A stretch of 64,000 nt of DNA from Eledone cirrhosa (GCA_964016885.1 OZ024751.1:43648001-43712000), one strand, 5' to 3'; numbered from the stretch's first letter, positions 43,450-55,935 are shown. Notes: a model not told the origin generated them from the sequence alone. Program-made: numbers and translations.

Positions 43450-43563
43450 AACGAAGGAAATGTGGTAAGGAATCAGGTGGACCATAACGCACCAAAGTAC
43501 TCAATACTTAGGGTAGTAGAGTGGGTAATAGGAAAAAGTATGACCCCAACGGCAGAGCTCAAG
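43450..43563 (-). mobile_element. PLE-like family P1 fragment lacking the hairpin
   Basis: Homologous to 562-675 and 45552-45665, with the same boundary against (TA)n. Confidence 0.65.
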
Positions 43564-43641
43564 TTGTGTCAAAGACGTACCAACCTCCCTAGTGCTGGTG
43601 CCATGATAAAATGCACTCAGTAAAGTGACGAGTAGGACCCC

Positions 43642-43673
<32 letters not shown>

Positions 43674-43676
43674 AAC

Positions 43677-43742
43677 CCAGAATCAGTTCCCGTCCCACCC
43701 TTGCAAGCAGGAAAAAGCGGACGTAAAATGATGATGATGATA
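43677..43742 (+). mobile_element. SINE A tail fragment
   Basis: ccagaatcagttcccgtcccacccttgcaagcagg.aaaagcggacgtaaaatgatgat matches 46991-47050. Confidence 0.85.
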
Positions 43743-43896
43743 TATATCTATATATATATATATGTATGTATGGTCTCGTAACTCCTGATAGAGTCGTAGG
43801 GGCACCATATTGACATAGGGCATTTTGGGGGCATTTTAAGCCTAGCAGAGCCCATCTCCCAGAGAAAGATAGAAAGTGAAAGAAATATAGAGGAAG

Positions 43897-44057
43897 AATC
43901 AGCCCCAGTATTTGACTGGTACTTTTTTTTTATCGACCTCGAAAGGATGAAAAGCAAAGTTGACCTCGGCTGGATTTGAACTCAGAGAGGAGAGGGCTGG
44001 AATGAATACCATAAAGCATTCTATCTGTTGTTCTAACAACTCTGCCAACTCCCCACC
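43897..44057 (-). mobile_element. tRNA-derived SINE family B (5' half)
   Basis: ccccagtatttgactggtact...atcgacctcgaaaggatgaaaagcaaagttgacctcggctggatttgaactcag...tctgccaactc. Confidence 0.85.
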
Positions 44058-44276
44058 TATATATATATATAGTTAGGCCATTCTTACAGCTTCACAACTC
44101 TACTGCTTTACCAAAATCACTGAAGCAGTCCTTCGTCTATATCTAGATTGGCCATGTCTGTAAATACTGCCCCAAATATCTCTCTCTCTCACACTTACAC
44201 ACTCTCACTTTCATTTGCTCTCTCTCTCTCACTCTCTCTTTCTCACTCTGGCACTGTCACTCTCACTCACTCTCTG

Positions 44277-44337
<61 letters not shown>

Positions 44338-45073
44338 GTGTGTGTGTGTACATTAATCTGTGTGTGTATATGTTCTGTATGTAATAATAGATACAAACAG
44401 CAGGTATTGTGGGTTGATTTGGAATAAAAAAACAAACAATAGCCAGAAAAAAGCTGCTAAATATAACTGAATGTTGTCATTTTGGGGGAGAATTTGGCAG
44501 TTTTGGGCTGGAAATTGTTGATTTTACTAACTACTTTCAGAGATCACTACACACACACCATCACACCAACATTGCCACTGCCACCATCACCACCTCTGTC
44601 ACTACACACCATTACAACCACTACACACCTCCACTACCACCACCTCACACCACCACCACCACCACCATCATCAGGAAGTTAGCCAAATATTAAAAGAGAA
44701 CTTTTGCTATGTTAAACATTTTACGCTGATTGCTGTGGCTAAAAGTATTTCTGGAGCTATGACTTCTTCTAATCAATACACACCTGCAAATACTTACATA
44801 TACATACACACACACACACACACACATACACCTGTACATACATATACTCACACACAGCTGTTCATACATGCACGCACATCTGCACATGCATATACAAACA
44901 CATACACATGCACATACTTATACACACACTTACAAATGCACATACATATACACACATACCTGTTTATATACACATACACACACCTGCACATACATATACA
45001 CACACATACACATGCACATACATATGTACACTTATACACACACAATGTGTGCATATATATGTGTATATATAAT

Positions 45074-45104
<31 letters not shown>

Positions 45105-45278
45105 TCAGTAACAGAGAAGACCCGCCTTACCTAAATATATAGTAAAACCTACTCCAGCCAGTAGGCATCTCTAACAAAATACACCCCGTCCCACCACCCC
45201 CACCCCCACCCGATCCACACCACCCCGTTCTATGTAAAGTTATGTTGGTGCCGCGCCTTCGAGGCCGAAACAAATGAG

Positions 45279-45539
45279 ATCGTGTAGGTGTCACGACAAA
45301 AAAACACACAGTCCACGCTGTAATGTGGCCGTGTAGGCAACACGGTAAAAACCTCCCAGACCCACACTGTAAATGTGGTTGGTGTTAGGAAGGGCATCCA
45401 ACTGTAGAAAACCTGCCAGACAGTCCTATGCGAGCAAGACAATCACTCTTGCCTCAAGTGGGACTACCCCCGTCCAAACCCATGCAAGCGTGGAACACGG
45501 ACGTTAAACGTTGATGATGATGATGATGATGATGATGAT
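45279..45539 (+). mobile_element. SINE 3' part (subfamily C) with two copies of the ~48-bp module
   Basis: cgtgtagg...cacgctgtaatgtggc / cgtgtagg...cacactgtaaatgtgg, then ggtgttaggaagggcatcc and (TGA)n tail. Confidence 0.88.
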
Positions 45540-45551
45540 ATATATATATAT

Positions 45552-45757
45552 AACGGAGGAAATGTGGTAAGGAACCAGGTGGACCATAACGCACCAAAGT
45601 ACTCAATACTAAGGGTAGTAGAGCGGGTAATAGGAACAAGTAGGACCCCAACGGCTGAGCCCAAGCCGTTTCGACGGCTAATTTTGGACTAAATTTAGTC
45701 CAGAATTAGCCGTCGAAACGGCTTGAGCTCAGCCGTCGGGGTCCTACTCGTTCCTAT
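45552..45757 (-). mobile_element. PLE-like family P1 remnant with 128-bp fold-back palindrome (45630-45757)
   Basis: Axis ggactaaa|tttagtcc at 45693/45694, 4 mismatches. GAAACGGCT-loop-AGCCGTC hammerhead-like stem III. TA runs on both sides. Confidence 0.65.
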
Positions 45758-45761
45758 ATAT

Positions 45762-45802
<41 letters not shown>

Positions 45803-46058
45803 TTTACGTCCGCTTTTCCCTGCTTGCAAGGGTGGGATATATATATATATCATCATCATCATCACCGTTTACTGTTTATTTTTCTATGCTTGCATGAGTT
45901 AGAGGGGTTACAAATCTGGCCAGCTAACCACTCAGTACCTTGTTCAAATGGAACTGTAGTTTGGCTGGGATTTTTATAGCTGGCCCTTCCCAATACTAAC
46001 CATGTTTATATATATATTCTTCACTCTTTCACTACTATATATATATATATATATATAT

Positions 46059-46303
46059 ATCGTGTAGGTGTCACGACAAAAAAACACACAGTCCACGCTG
46101 TAATGTGGCCGTGTAGGCAACACGGTAAAAACCTCCCAGACCCACACTGTAAATGTGGTTGGTGTTAGGAAGGGCATCCAACTGTAGAAAACCTGCCAGA
46201 CAGTCCTATGCGAGCAAGACAATCACTCTTGCCTCAAGTGGGACTACCCCCGTCCAAACCCATGCAAGCGTGGAACACGGACGTTAAACGTTGATGATGA
46301 TGA
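46059..46303 (+). mobile_element. SINE 3' part (subfamily C), identical copy of 45279-45523
   Basis: Base-for-base match at 780-bp offset. Embedded in (TA)n. Confidence 0.9.
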
Positions 46304-46327
46304 TATATATATATATATATATATATA

Positions 46328-46635
46328 TAGTAGTGAAAGATTGAAGAATAACATGGTCGGCTGTACAAAAAGGGTTTTATTTACAGTATTAACAATTGTT
46401 TCATTGATCAGGTTAGTCTAAAGACCGCTGATCATTCGAAGTTGCGTCACTCGACCTTATTCTTCACTCTTTCACTGCTATTACTCCAAGAATGACCCGC
46501 ATGGGAACTCTTGAAAACTCGCTACCTAACTAAGGAAACCTCTTGTTGAGTCAAACAACGCCGTACGTTAAAACTATCCATAGTACAGAGTACTCACAAC
46601 CTCTAACTGGATTACCTAAAACGATAATTTGTTAT

Positions 46636-46637
<2 letters not shown>
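46328..46637. mobile_element. PLE-like remnant family P2 with inverted repeat (46328-46359 / 46452-46480)
   Basis: tagtagtgaaagattgaagaataa vs ttattcttcactctttcactgcta. The enclosed segment on - strand has TGATCAG..CTGATCA hairpin, GAAAC-AATT-GTT and AATAAA. Confidence 0.45.
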
Positions 46638-46682
<45 letters not shown>

Positions 46683-47050
46683 GAGGCACATGGCATAGTG
46701 GTTAGAGCATTGGCCTTGCAATCAAAAGGTTGTGAGTTCAATTCTCAGACCGGCTGATGTGTTGTTTCCTTGAGCAAGACACTTTATTTCACATTACTCC
46801 AGTTTACTCAGCTGTAGAAATGAGATGATAGGACTGGGGTCCCTATCATTCCACTGCAAAGGTGCCACGGCAAAAAAGCACCCAGCCCACACTGTAAAGT
46901 GGACGTGTAGGGGTCACAGAAAAAAAAGCACCCAGCACTCACTGTAAATGAGATTGGTGTTAGAAAGGGCATCCAGCTGTAGAAATCAAGCCAGAATCAG
47001 TTCCCGTCCCACCCTTGCAAGCAGGGAAAAGCGGACGTAAAAATGATGAT
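46683..47050 (+). mobile_element. tRNA-derived SINE (subfamily A), full length, with duplicated internal module
   Basis: A box tggcatagtgg, B box gttcaattc. aaaaaagcacccagc.c.cactgtaaa occurs twice (46872, 46922). (TGA)n tail. Confidence 0.92.
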
Positions 47051-47087
47051 ATATACACATACAGAGAGAGAGAGAGGTGAGGCAGAA

Positions 47088-47236
47088 CCAACCCAAGTAC
47101 TTGCCTGGTACTTTATCAACCTTGAGAGGATGAAATACAAAATTGACCAGATTTGAACTCAAGAATGAAATGAGCCAGAAGCAAATAAGGGGGGTATCTT
47201 TCCATCCAACGCCCTCGCAACTTTGCTAATTCACAG
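47088..47236 (-). mobile_element. Degraded SINE family B
   Basis: ctggtactttatcaaccttgagaggatgaaatacaaattgacc..atttgaactca. Confidence 0.6.
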
Positions 47237-47322
47237 CCATTGAAGTTTTGAAGTATACACAGTTTATACTCACTGTATGAAATGTGTGCAATATATCCGG
47301 TGTTTTGGGGGGGGGGTGTTAG

Positions 47323-47401
47323 GCAGCACCTAACTCCACCCCGGCCTCACCTGTGTCTGATGTTACATCTGAAGATGAAGAGAAGACGACAGAGGGATAT
47401 G
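47323..47401 (+). CDS. Candidate internal coding exon (AAPNSTPASPVSDVTSEDEEKTTEGY), gene unknown
   Basis: Non-repetitive, higher GC, open frame between ttag| and G|GTAACA. Acceptor lacks a good pyrimidine tract. No homology recognised. Confidence 0.3.
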
Positions 47402-47649
47402 GTAACATCATCTGTTTAAACAAGCAAGTGAACAGCTGACAGAACTCAGGAGTTAATCTCGATCTTAATAAGGTCTTTTGATAGAAACATTAAAAGAAGT
47501 GTGATACTTTTGAAACAAGATGTCTGCAAAGACTGATTGATAATTACATAGTTATCGCTGCAGTGCAGTGCTGGTGCCATGGTAATCACCATCATCGTCA
47601 TCATCACCACCATTATCCTCCTCCTCATCATCATCATCATCATCATCGT

Positions 47650-47839
47650 GTCTAGCCAGAATTCTCTCACCTCTTTCTGTTCAAACCGGCCCTAACCAGC
47701 TCCTCATACTGATGTTAAGGTATTGTTCTAAAATAAATAATATCAAAATCTCATTGATTCAATATTATGTAAGATAAATCCTTTACTGTGAAAATACAAT
47801 AGTATAATATATAGCGTAATGTAAATGCTAAAGGGTTAA
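47650..47839 (+). mobile_element. MITE family M1, right part with TIR aaatgctaaagggttaa
   Basis: Body matches 49250-49378. Terminus is the reverse complement of ttaacccgttagcattt at 49224. TTAA-CCC ends are piggyBac-like. Confidence 0.7.
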
Positions 47840-47901
47840 CCAGTTAACCAAAGTCTTCTACACACAGCAAATACTCTGGCAAGTCAATAAAAAAGTGTTA
47901 T

Positions 47902-48070
47902 TTAACTCTTTCATTACCATATTTCTAATGAAAGACACTTCTTAAGATTTTCAAATAATTTTAAAATAATCAAAAATGTTTAGGTTTTTAGTAATATAAG
48001 CTTCTTTTTTTAAAGTTTTTGTTTGGAATATAAAGGTTCTCACATAAAATTTAGATGGAAGGTTTTCATG
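47902..48070 (+). mobile_element. MITE family M2 fragment
   Basis: Starts ttaactctttcattaccatatttct, also seen at 49060. Ends gatggaaggtttt, also seen at 49671. Confidence 0.55.
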
Positions 48071-48106
48071 AAAGACACTGCCTACGATTTTTTTCTGCTA
48101 TGTTTT

Positions 48107-48230
48107 GCCAGCTGAGTGAAATAGATCAACGTGAGAAAGTGTCTTGTTCAAGGATAAAATGCATCAGCAGGAATCACAAACTCACGGCCTTTTCATCATG
48201 AGCTGAACACTGTAACCATAACCATACAAC
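48107..48230 (-). mobile_element. Degraded SINE head (family A-related)
   Basis: gccagctgagtg..atag..caacgtga.aaagtgtcttgttcaagga. Confidence 0.55.
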
Positions 48231-49223
48231 TTCAGTCACTCACTTCACTTGATATCTAACTATAAAGCAAAATGATAACGAACTGAACACTATAACCATT
48301 GAGCCATACAGCTCACTCAGTCACTTCACTTGATATCTGACTATAAAGCAAAACATAAATTAAATATTAAATTTCTAGCAATTCCTTATATAGCTTTTTT
48401 TCTCAAAAGCTTTGATTTAGGAATTTGTGTATATAAACATATTCTTCGGTATTAGTAATATTTATATTCCTTTTCAAAATAGTTCTGCACTATTTTTTTT
48501 TTTTTTTTTTGCCCCCAAAACCTCTGCATTGACCTGCAGCATATGTTAGAAATTTTCTTTGGTAGCATCAACAAAAATTCTGTTATTTGATAGGGTTTGA
48601 ATATGTTCAGTGAAATTTACTCCATTTATCAATATATTCCTCCCATTTCTTCTTTAATAGGGAATAATTTTGGTTTCAATTAGGTCTCTCTCTCTCTCTC
48701 TCTTGCAATATGAACTGTTTAGATTATTAGCCTGGCTCGTATACATCACACACACACAAACAAAAAGAAAAATGAGGTTAAATAAATAACAATATTATTC
48801 TGTAAAGCATGCATGCAGTACTTGTTGGGTTTTTTAAAACTGCAAGAAAGAATGTGGCAGCAGCGATGGGGAGAATCTGTAGACCAACTGAATAGAAGAG
48901 GTACCACATGCTTCAAGTTAAGATTTTAAAGCAAGCAATTCTTGAGGGATAGGTCAATTAGTCTTTTAAAGGTTATGACATTTGGTGGTCTGGATGCTTC
49001 AATGTTATTGTACAACCTCTAGCAGCAGTAATATCGTAATATTCCAAATGGAAATGGTATTAACTCTTTTGTTACCATATTTCTGTTGAAATACATCGTT
49101 GTCAACCATTGTCATTTAATGTCTGTTTTTCTGTTAACAAGAGTTGGACAGGTCATCACCAGCCAACTCAGTATACAAGTAAAATTACTGACCTCTCTGA
49201 TGGGTCAGAGGCCTGCATCTCAC

Positions 49224-49380
49224 TTAACCCGTTAGCATTTCAATTGCCATATCTGGCCAGAATTCTCTTACCTCTTTCTGTCCAGACTGGTCGTAACTGG
49301 CCACTCATACTGACGTTGAGGTATTGTTCTCAAAATAAATAACATCAAAATCTCGTAGATTCAATATTATGTGAGATAAC
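49224..49380 (+). mobile_element. MITE family M1, left part with TIR ttaacccgttagcattt
   Basis: Homologous to 47650-47778. Confidence 0.7.
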
Positions 49381-49389
49381 ATACATTTC

Positions 49390-49548
49390 CACACTTTACT
49401 GAGTGCATTTTATCATGGCACCAGCACTAGGGAGGTTGGTACGACTTTGACACAACTGAAGAATCCTCCCAATCTTTTATTTGACAGGTTTTCTATGACT
49501 GGATGCTCTTCCTAACAGCAACCAAGTTAATGAGTGTACTGGGTACCA
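49390..49548 (-). mobile_element. SINE internal/tail fragments containing the 48-bp-type module
   Basis: cactttactgagtgcattttatcatggcaccagcacta, then ggatgctcttcctaacagcaacc. Confidence 0.65.
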
Positions 49549-50142
49549 TTTGCCAATGTATATTTTAACGAGTGGAAATCAAGAATTTGGAATGATTTAG
49601 TAAAATAATTAACTTTGTCATTATTAAGCTCCTATTTGAAATGTAATGATATTTTCTTAGAGAAAATTATGATGGAAGGTTTTTAGAAAAATGCAAACAT
49701 GTTAAAACAGTTTTGCATTGCATGCGTCCCCCCCCCCTTCCCCCAGGTCTGTCTGGGAGGTCAGTAGCCCCCCCCCCCCCCCCACTTCAATACTGACTTG
49801 GTCATTGTAGAGCCATCCAACCCTTGCTAGCAGGTAAAGCATACATTAAAATGACAATGATTATGATGATGGTTATTGGGTGAGTGATATGACTATTGCC
49901 AGGGGGGGGGGGGGGGGGGGGCTTGTTGAGGTTTTCTGTATCAGCAACAGTAACAGTTTCACCAGTAACAACAACAACAGATACAGTTACACCAATAACA
50001 GTAACACAAGCAACAATAACAACAATAACAACAGTAACAACAGCAGCAACAACAATAATAACTAACAAGCAACCAGAGGAGAATAAAGGAGAAAACTAAA
50101 ACAGAAAATTAAGTAGGGGGGATTGTGGAATCTTGTTAATAT

Positions 50143-50885
50143 TTGTGTAGTGCATGTGTACTGTGTGGTGTGTGTATGTGTGTACTGTGTGGTGTGTGTA
50201 CTGTGTGGTGTGTGTATGTGTGTACTGTGTGGTGTGTGTACTGTGTGGTGTGTGTATGTGTGTACTGTGTGGTGTGTGTATGTGTGTACTGTGTGGTGTG
50301 TGTACTGTGTGGTGTGTGTATGTGTGGTGTGTGTATGTGTGTACTGTGTGGTGTGTGTATGTGTGTACTGTGTGGTGTGTGTATGTGTGTGGTGTGTGTG
50401 TGTACTGTGTGGTGTGTGTATGTGTGTACTGTGTGGTGTGTGTATGTGTGTACTGTGTGGTGTGTGTATGTGTGTACTGTGTGGTGTGTGTATGTGTGTG
50501 GTGTGTGTGTGTACTATGTGGTGTGTGTATGTGTGTACTGTGTGGTGTGTGTATGTGTGTACTGTGTGGTGTGTGTATGTGTGTACTGTGTGGTGTGTGT
50601 ATGTGTGTACTGTGTGGTGTGTGTATGTGTGTGGTGTGTGTGTGTACTGTGTGGTGTGTGTATGTGTGTACTGTGTGGTGTGTGTGGTGTGTGTATGTGT
50701 GTACTGTGTGGTGTGTGTATGTGTGTACTGTGTGGTGTGTGTATGTGTGTACTGTGTGGTGTGTGTACTGTGTGGTGTGTGTATGTGTGTACTGTGTGGT
50801 GTGTGTATGTGTGTACTGTGTACTGTGTGGTGTGTGTATGTGTGTATGTGTGGTGTGTGTACTGTATGTATGTGTACTCTGTGTG
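50143..50885. repeat. GT-rich minisatellite (GTACTGTGTGGTGTGTGTATGTGT, ~24 bp)
   Basis: Direct inspection. Confidence 0.95.
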
Positions 50886-50989
50886 TATGTGTACAGTGTG
50901 TGTGTCTGTATGCCTGTGCCACATGTATGTGTATATGCAGGATGCAGTGTGTGTGTATATGTATGTGTGAGTATATATACAGTGTTCAG

Positions 50990-51376
50990 TATGTATGTAT
51001 ATATGTAGGGTGCAGTATGTGTGTATATATGCAGGGTGCAGTATGTATATATGCAGGGTGCAGTATATGTATGTATATATGCAGGGTGCAGTATATGTAT
51101 GTATATATGCAGGGTGCAGTATGTGTGTATATATATGCAGGGTGCAGTATATGTATGTATATATGCAGGGTGCAGTATGTGTGTATATATATGCAGGGTG
51201 CAGTATATGTATATGTACAGGGTGCTGTATGTATGTATATATGTAGGGTGCAGTATGTATATATATATGCAGGGTGCAGTATGTATGTATATATGTAGGG
51301 TGCAGTATATGTATATGTACAGGGTGCAGTATGTATATATGCAGGGTGCAGTATGTATATATGTAGGGTGCAGTAT
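50990..51376. repeat. Minisatellite ATG(C/T)AGGGTGCAGTAT + (TA/TG)n, ~24-28 bp
   Basis: ~14 copies of agggtgcagtat. Confidence 0.92.
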
Positions 51377-51569
51377 GAAATGTTTATTGTATTTCTCTCC
51401 TATTTCAGTCTGTAGTCAAGCGCCACCCAAACCTACTTCCTCCCCACCCTCATCTATCTAGCCTTACACCTCCCCCACACTACTCCACCACCACCACCAC
51501 CACCACCACATACATTCCTTATTTATTTTTATTATTTTCTACCTTCCCCAACATCATCACTTCCTCTTG

Positions 51570-53790
51570 CCACCACCACCACCATCCTGCATACAATACC
51601 ACCATACCTACACCACACTACACCACTACCATACTACCACCACCACACCACCATTTTTACTAGCACACACCACATTACAAAACTCCAATACCAAACCACC
51701 AATATCACCTCAACACCACACCACCCTCCAATATCACCGCACACTGCTATCACCCCAACAACACACCATCACTCCAACATCACCCCACACCACCATCACC
51801 TCAACACCACACCACCGCCCACCATCACCCCAACATCACCCCACACCACCATCACCTCAACACCACACCACCGCCCACCATCACCCCAACATCACCCCAC
51901 ACCACCATCACCTCAACACCACACCACCGCCCACCATCACCCCAACACCACACCACCACCATACCACCAAAATCCCTTTCACACCACCACCATACCACCA
52001 CATCACCTCCAACACCACCACACTACCACCAACACCACCACCACACTACCACCAACACCACCACCACATCACCTCCAACACACCATACTACTACCACCAC
52101 CACCACCACCAACACCACCACAACACCACCACAGCACCACCACACTACCACCAACACACTACCACCATACTACCACCAACACCACCACTACCACCTACAC
52201 CACCACTACCACCTACACCACCACCACACTACCACCAACACCACCACCACCACACTACCACCAACACCACCACCACACTATCACCAACACCACCACCACA
52301 CTACCACCATACTACCACCAGCACCACACGAACACCACCACCACACTACCACCAACACCACCACCATACTACCACCAACACCACCACCACCACACTACCA
52401 CCAACACCACCACCACACTACCACCAACACCACCACCACACTACCACCAACACCACCACCACACTACCACCATACTACCACCAACACCGCCACCACCACA
52501 CTACCACCAACACCACCACCACACTACCACCAACACCACCACCACACTACCACCATACTACCACCAACACCGCCACCACCACACTACCACCAACACCACC
52601 ACCACACTACCACCAACACCACCACCACACTACCACAATACTACCACCAACACCGCCACCACCACACTACCACCAACACCACCACCACACTACCACCAAC
52701 ACCACCACCACACTACCACCAACACCACCACCACACTACCACCATACTACCACCAACACCGCCACCACCACACTACCACCAACACCACCACCACACTACC
52801 ACCAACACCACCACCACACTACCACCAACACCACCACCACACTACCACCATACTACCACCAACACCGCCACCACCACACTACCACCAACACCACCACCAC
52901 ACTACCACCAACACCACCACCACACTACCACCATACTACCACCAACACCGCCACCACCACACTACCACCAACACCACCACCACACTACCACCAACACCAC
53001 CACCACACTACCACCAACACCACCACCACACTACCACCATACTACCACCAACACCGCCACCACCACACTACCACCAACACCACCACCACACTACCACCAT
53101 ACTACCACCAACACCGCCACCACCACACTACCACCAACACCACCACCACACTACCACCAACACCACCACCACACTACCACCAACACCACCACCACACTAC
53201 CACCATACTACCACCAACACCGCCACCACCACACTACCACCAACACCACCACCACACTACCACCAACACCACCACCACACTACCACCAACACCACCACCA
53301 CACTACCACCAACACCGCCACCACCACACTACCACCAACACCACCACCACACTTCCACCAACACCACCACCACACTACCACCAACACCACCACCACACTA
53401 CCACCAACACCGCCACCACACTTCCACCAACACCACCACCACACTACCACCAACACCACCACCACACTACCACCAACACCACCACCACACTACCACCAAC
53501 ACCGCCACCACCACACTACCACCAACACCACCACCACACTACCACCACCACACTACCACCAACACCGCCACCACCACACTACCACCAACACCACCACCAC
53601 ACTTCCACCAACACCACCACCACACTACCACCAACACCACCACCATACTACCACCAACACCGCCACCACCACACTACCACCACACTACCACCAACACCAC
53701 CACCACACTACCACCAACACCACCACCACACTACCACCAACACCACCACACCACCACCACCACACTACTACCAACACCACCACAATACTA
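51570..53790. repeat. ACC-rich array (ACCACCACACTACCACCAAC-type ~20-23 bp units)
   Basis: Almost G-free strand with recurrent ctaccaccaacaccaccaccaca. Confidence 0.95.
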
Positions 53791-54160
53791 TTCATCTCTT
53801 AGAAATAACAGCCAAATCTCCCTCAGAATACATGAGATATGGGCACAACTCCTTCCTTCATGTTCCTCTCACTTCCCCCTCCCCACCACCATACCACCCT
53901 CCTCCTCCTCCTCTTCATACCTCCCCTTCCCTATGCTTCTCCTACATTCTGTCCCCTGTTCTCCATTCTCCTCCCTCTACTTCTCTTCTCCTCTTGTACA
54001 TTCTGCCTCCTTCTCCCTCTCCTCCCTTCCTGTCCATCTACCCCCTCCCCCTCCAGCTTCCTCTCCTCCCCCTCCAGCTTCCTCTCCTCCCCTCCTGTCC
54101 ATCACCACTCTACCATTTCTAATCTCTAATTCAACCATTATCTCCACCCACACCCCACCA

Positions 54161-54196
<36 letters not shown>

Positions 54197-55935
54197 ACAC
54201 TGGCGTTTTAGCCAGGGGCCACATACATATAGACATGCAGGCACACACACCTAAATATGCATATTCACCTATATACACAAGCACACTCACACACATACAA
54301 ATACACACACCTATATACACAAGCACACTCACACACATACAGGTACTCACACTTATGTACACATTCAACTACACACACCTATCTATACATGCAAGCTTAC
54401 ACACATACACATACAAATATGCATGCTCATATATATATATACAAGCACACTCACACAAATACAAATACACACATCTTTATACACATGCACACTCACACAT
54501 ACAACTACACCTTTATAGGCATACACACATACAAATACACATACTTATATCCACAAGCACACAGAAATTTACACAAACATATCCACAAGCACACACATTT
54601 AACCACCACCCCTCATATTGATGGTATAAATATGTCCTTATGATATACTACACCCCATACCCGCACCTAGCTTGAAAGATATTCTTTTGGGGGCTGCTTT
54701 CACCAGATTCCCTCCATTCACAATGACAGGGGTGAGTGAAGACATTCAAGGGGTGAGGAGAGGAGACCTCTGGTGTATAATTATGAGTTATGAGAAGTAT
54801 GAAGAGAACAAAGGCTGAGATTCTTTAGCTGTAGGAGATGGTAAGGAAATTACTAGAATTAGGGTCCTGGTAATAAAGGGGCAGCAACAGGGAGTTTGTG
54901 CCATGGCCAGGTCCTTATCAATATATAACAGGAAGACTAAAAGGAGACTTGGATGGAGGATGTTTGTTGGGATCAAGCCTGGCTTGGCTTGGCCCATGTG
55001 AGACCAGTGGACACAAACACATGGAGTGGGACACTAAGGAGTGCTGTCAGACAGGACCCAGCCCTACTTAGGGATTAATTGTGTCCTGCATAATTAAAAA
55101 AAAAAAGGATGATGATGATGAACAGGGAGGTTGTGATATGGCCAGGCCCATAGCAGTATGGTACATCATTAATATGTGGAGGGCTGATCTATCATCCCCC
55201 ACCATCTTTGAGGTTTGAAAGATGACAGGGCTATCTTCAATGTGCCTGTTGCATGTGCATGTGTTTCTGTGTGTGTCTGTGTCTCTGTGTGTGTGTGTGT
55301 GGGCACACACATGTATGTGTGTATGTTGTCTATTGAGATTCAGGTATCTTGTTTACACACACACACACTTGTTTAGGTTTTCATTGAAGACATGAATGAT
55401 ATATCTTTAAAGCTGTTAAAGGTGGGTGTATATACTAATGTATATAGTTACAAAGCTGTGTAGAAGGGTGTATATAGTAGTGTAAATAGTTACAAAGCTG
55501 GGTAGAGGGTGGGTATATATTATACTAGATGTATTACAAAGTTATGGTAAACTGGGTGTATATAGTATTAGATGTATTACAAGGCTATGGTAGACTGCAT
55601 ATATATATATAGCTCTGTATATATTTCCAAAGCCATTTCTTAGTTTACACAATTAACACAACCACAGTCTTCTATTAGCATTGGACTCTAATTTCACTAT
55701 TTCTGAAATCTCTAATTACTAAAAATTAATTTACTAATTAATTTTTTAATTTACTATAAATGCAGTCATTTTTTTTTTCTATGTAATCACAAAAAATATT
55801 TAATATAATTATCATTTTTTAAATAAAATTCTTCTTCTATTATAAATAAACAAACACAAATTATACAGGAAATAGTACTACTATGTACTATATATTTATT
55901 ATATAGAGTACCCCAGGATTTACAAATATATATAT

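Noticed and set aside
51567-54122. 851-aa Pro/Thr/His ORF
   Set aside because: G-poor simple repeat whose units cycle through frames.
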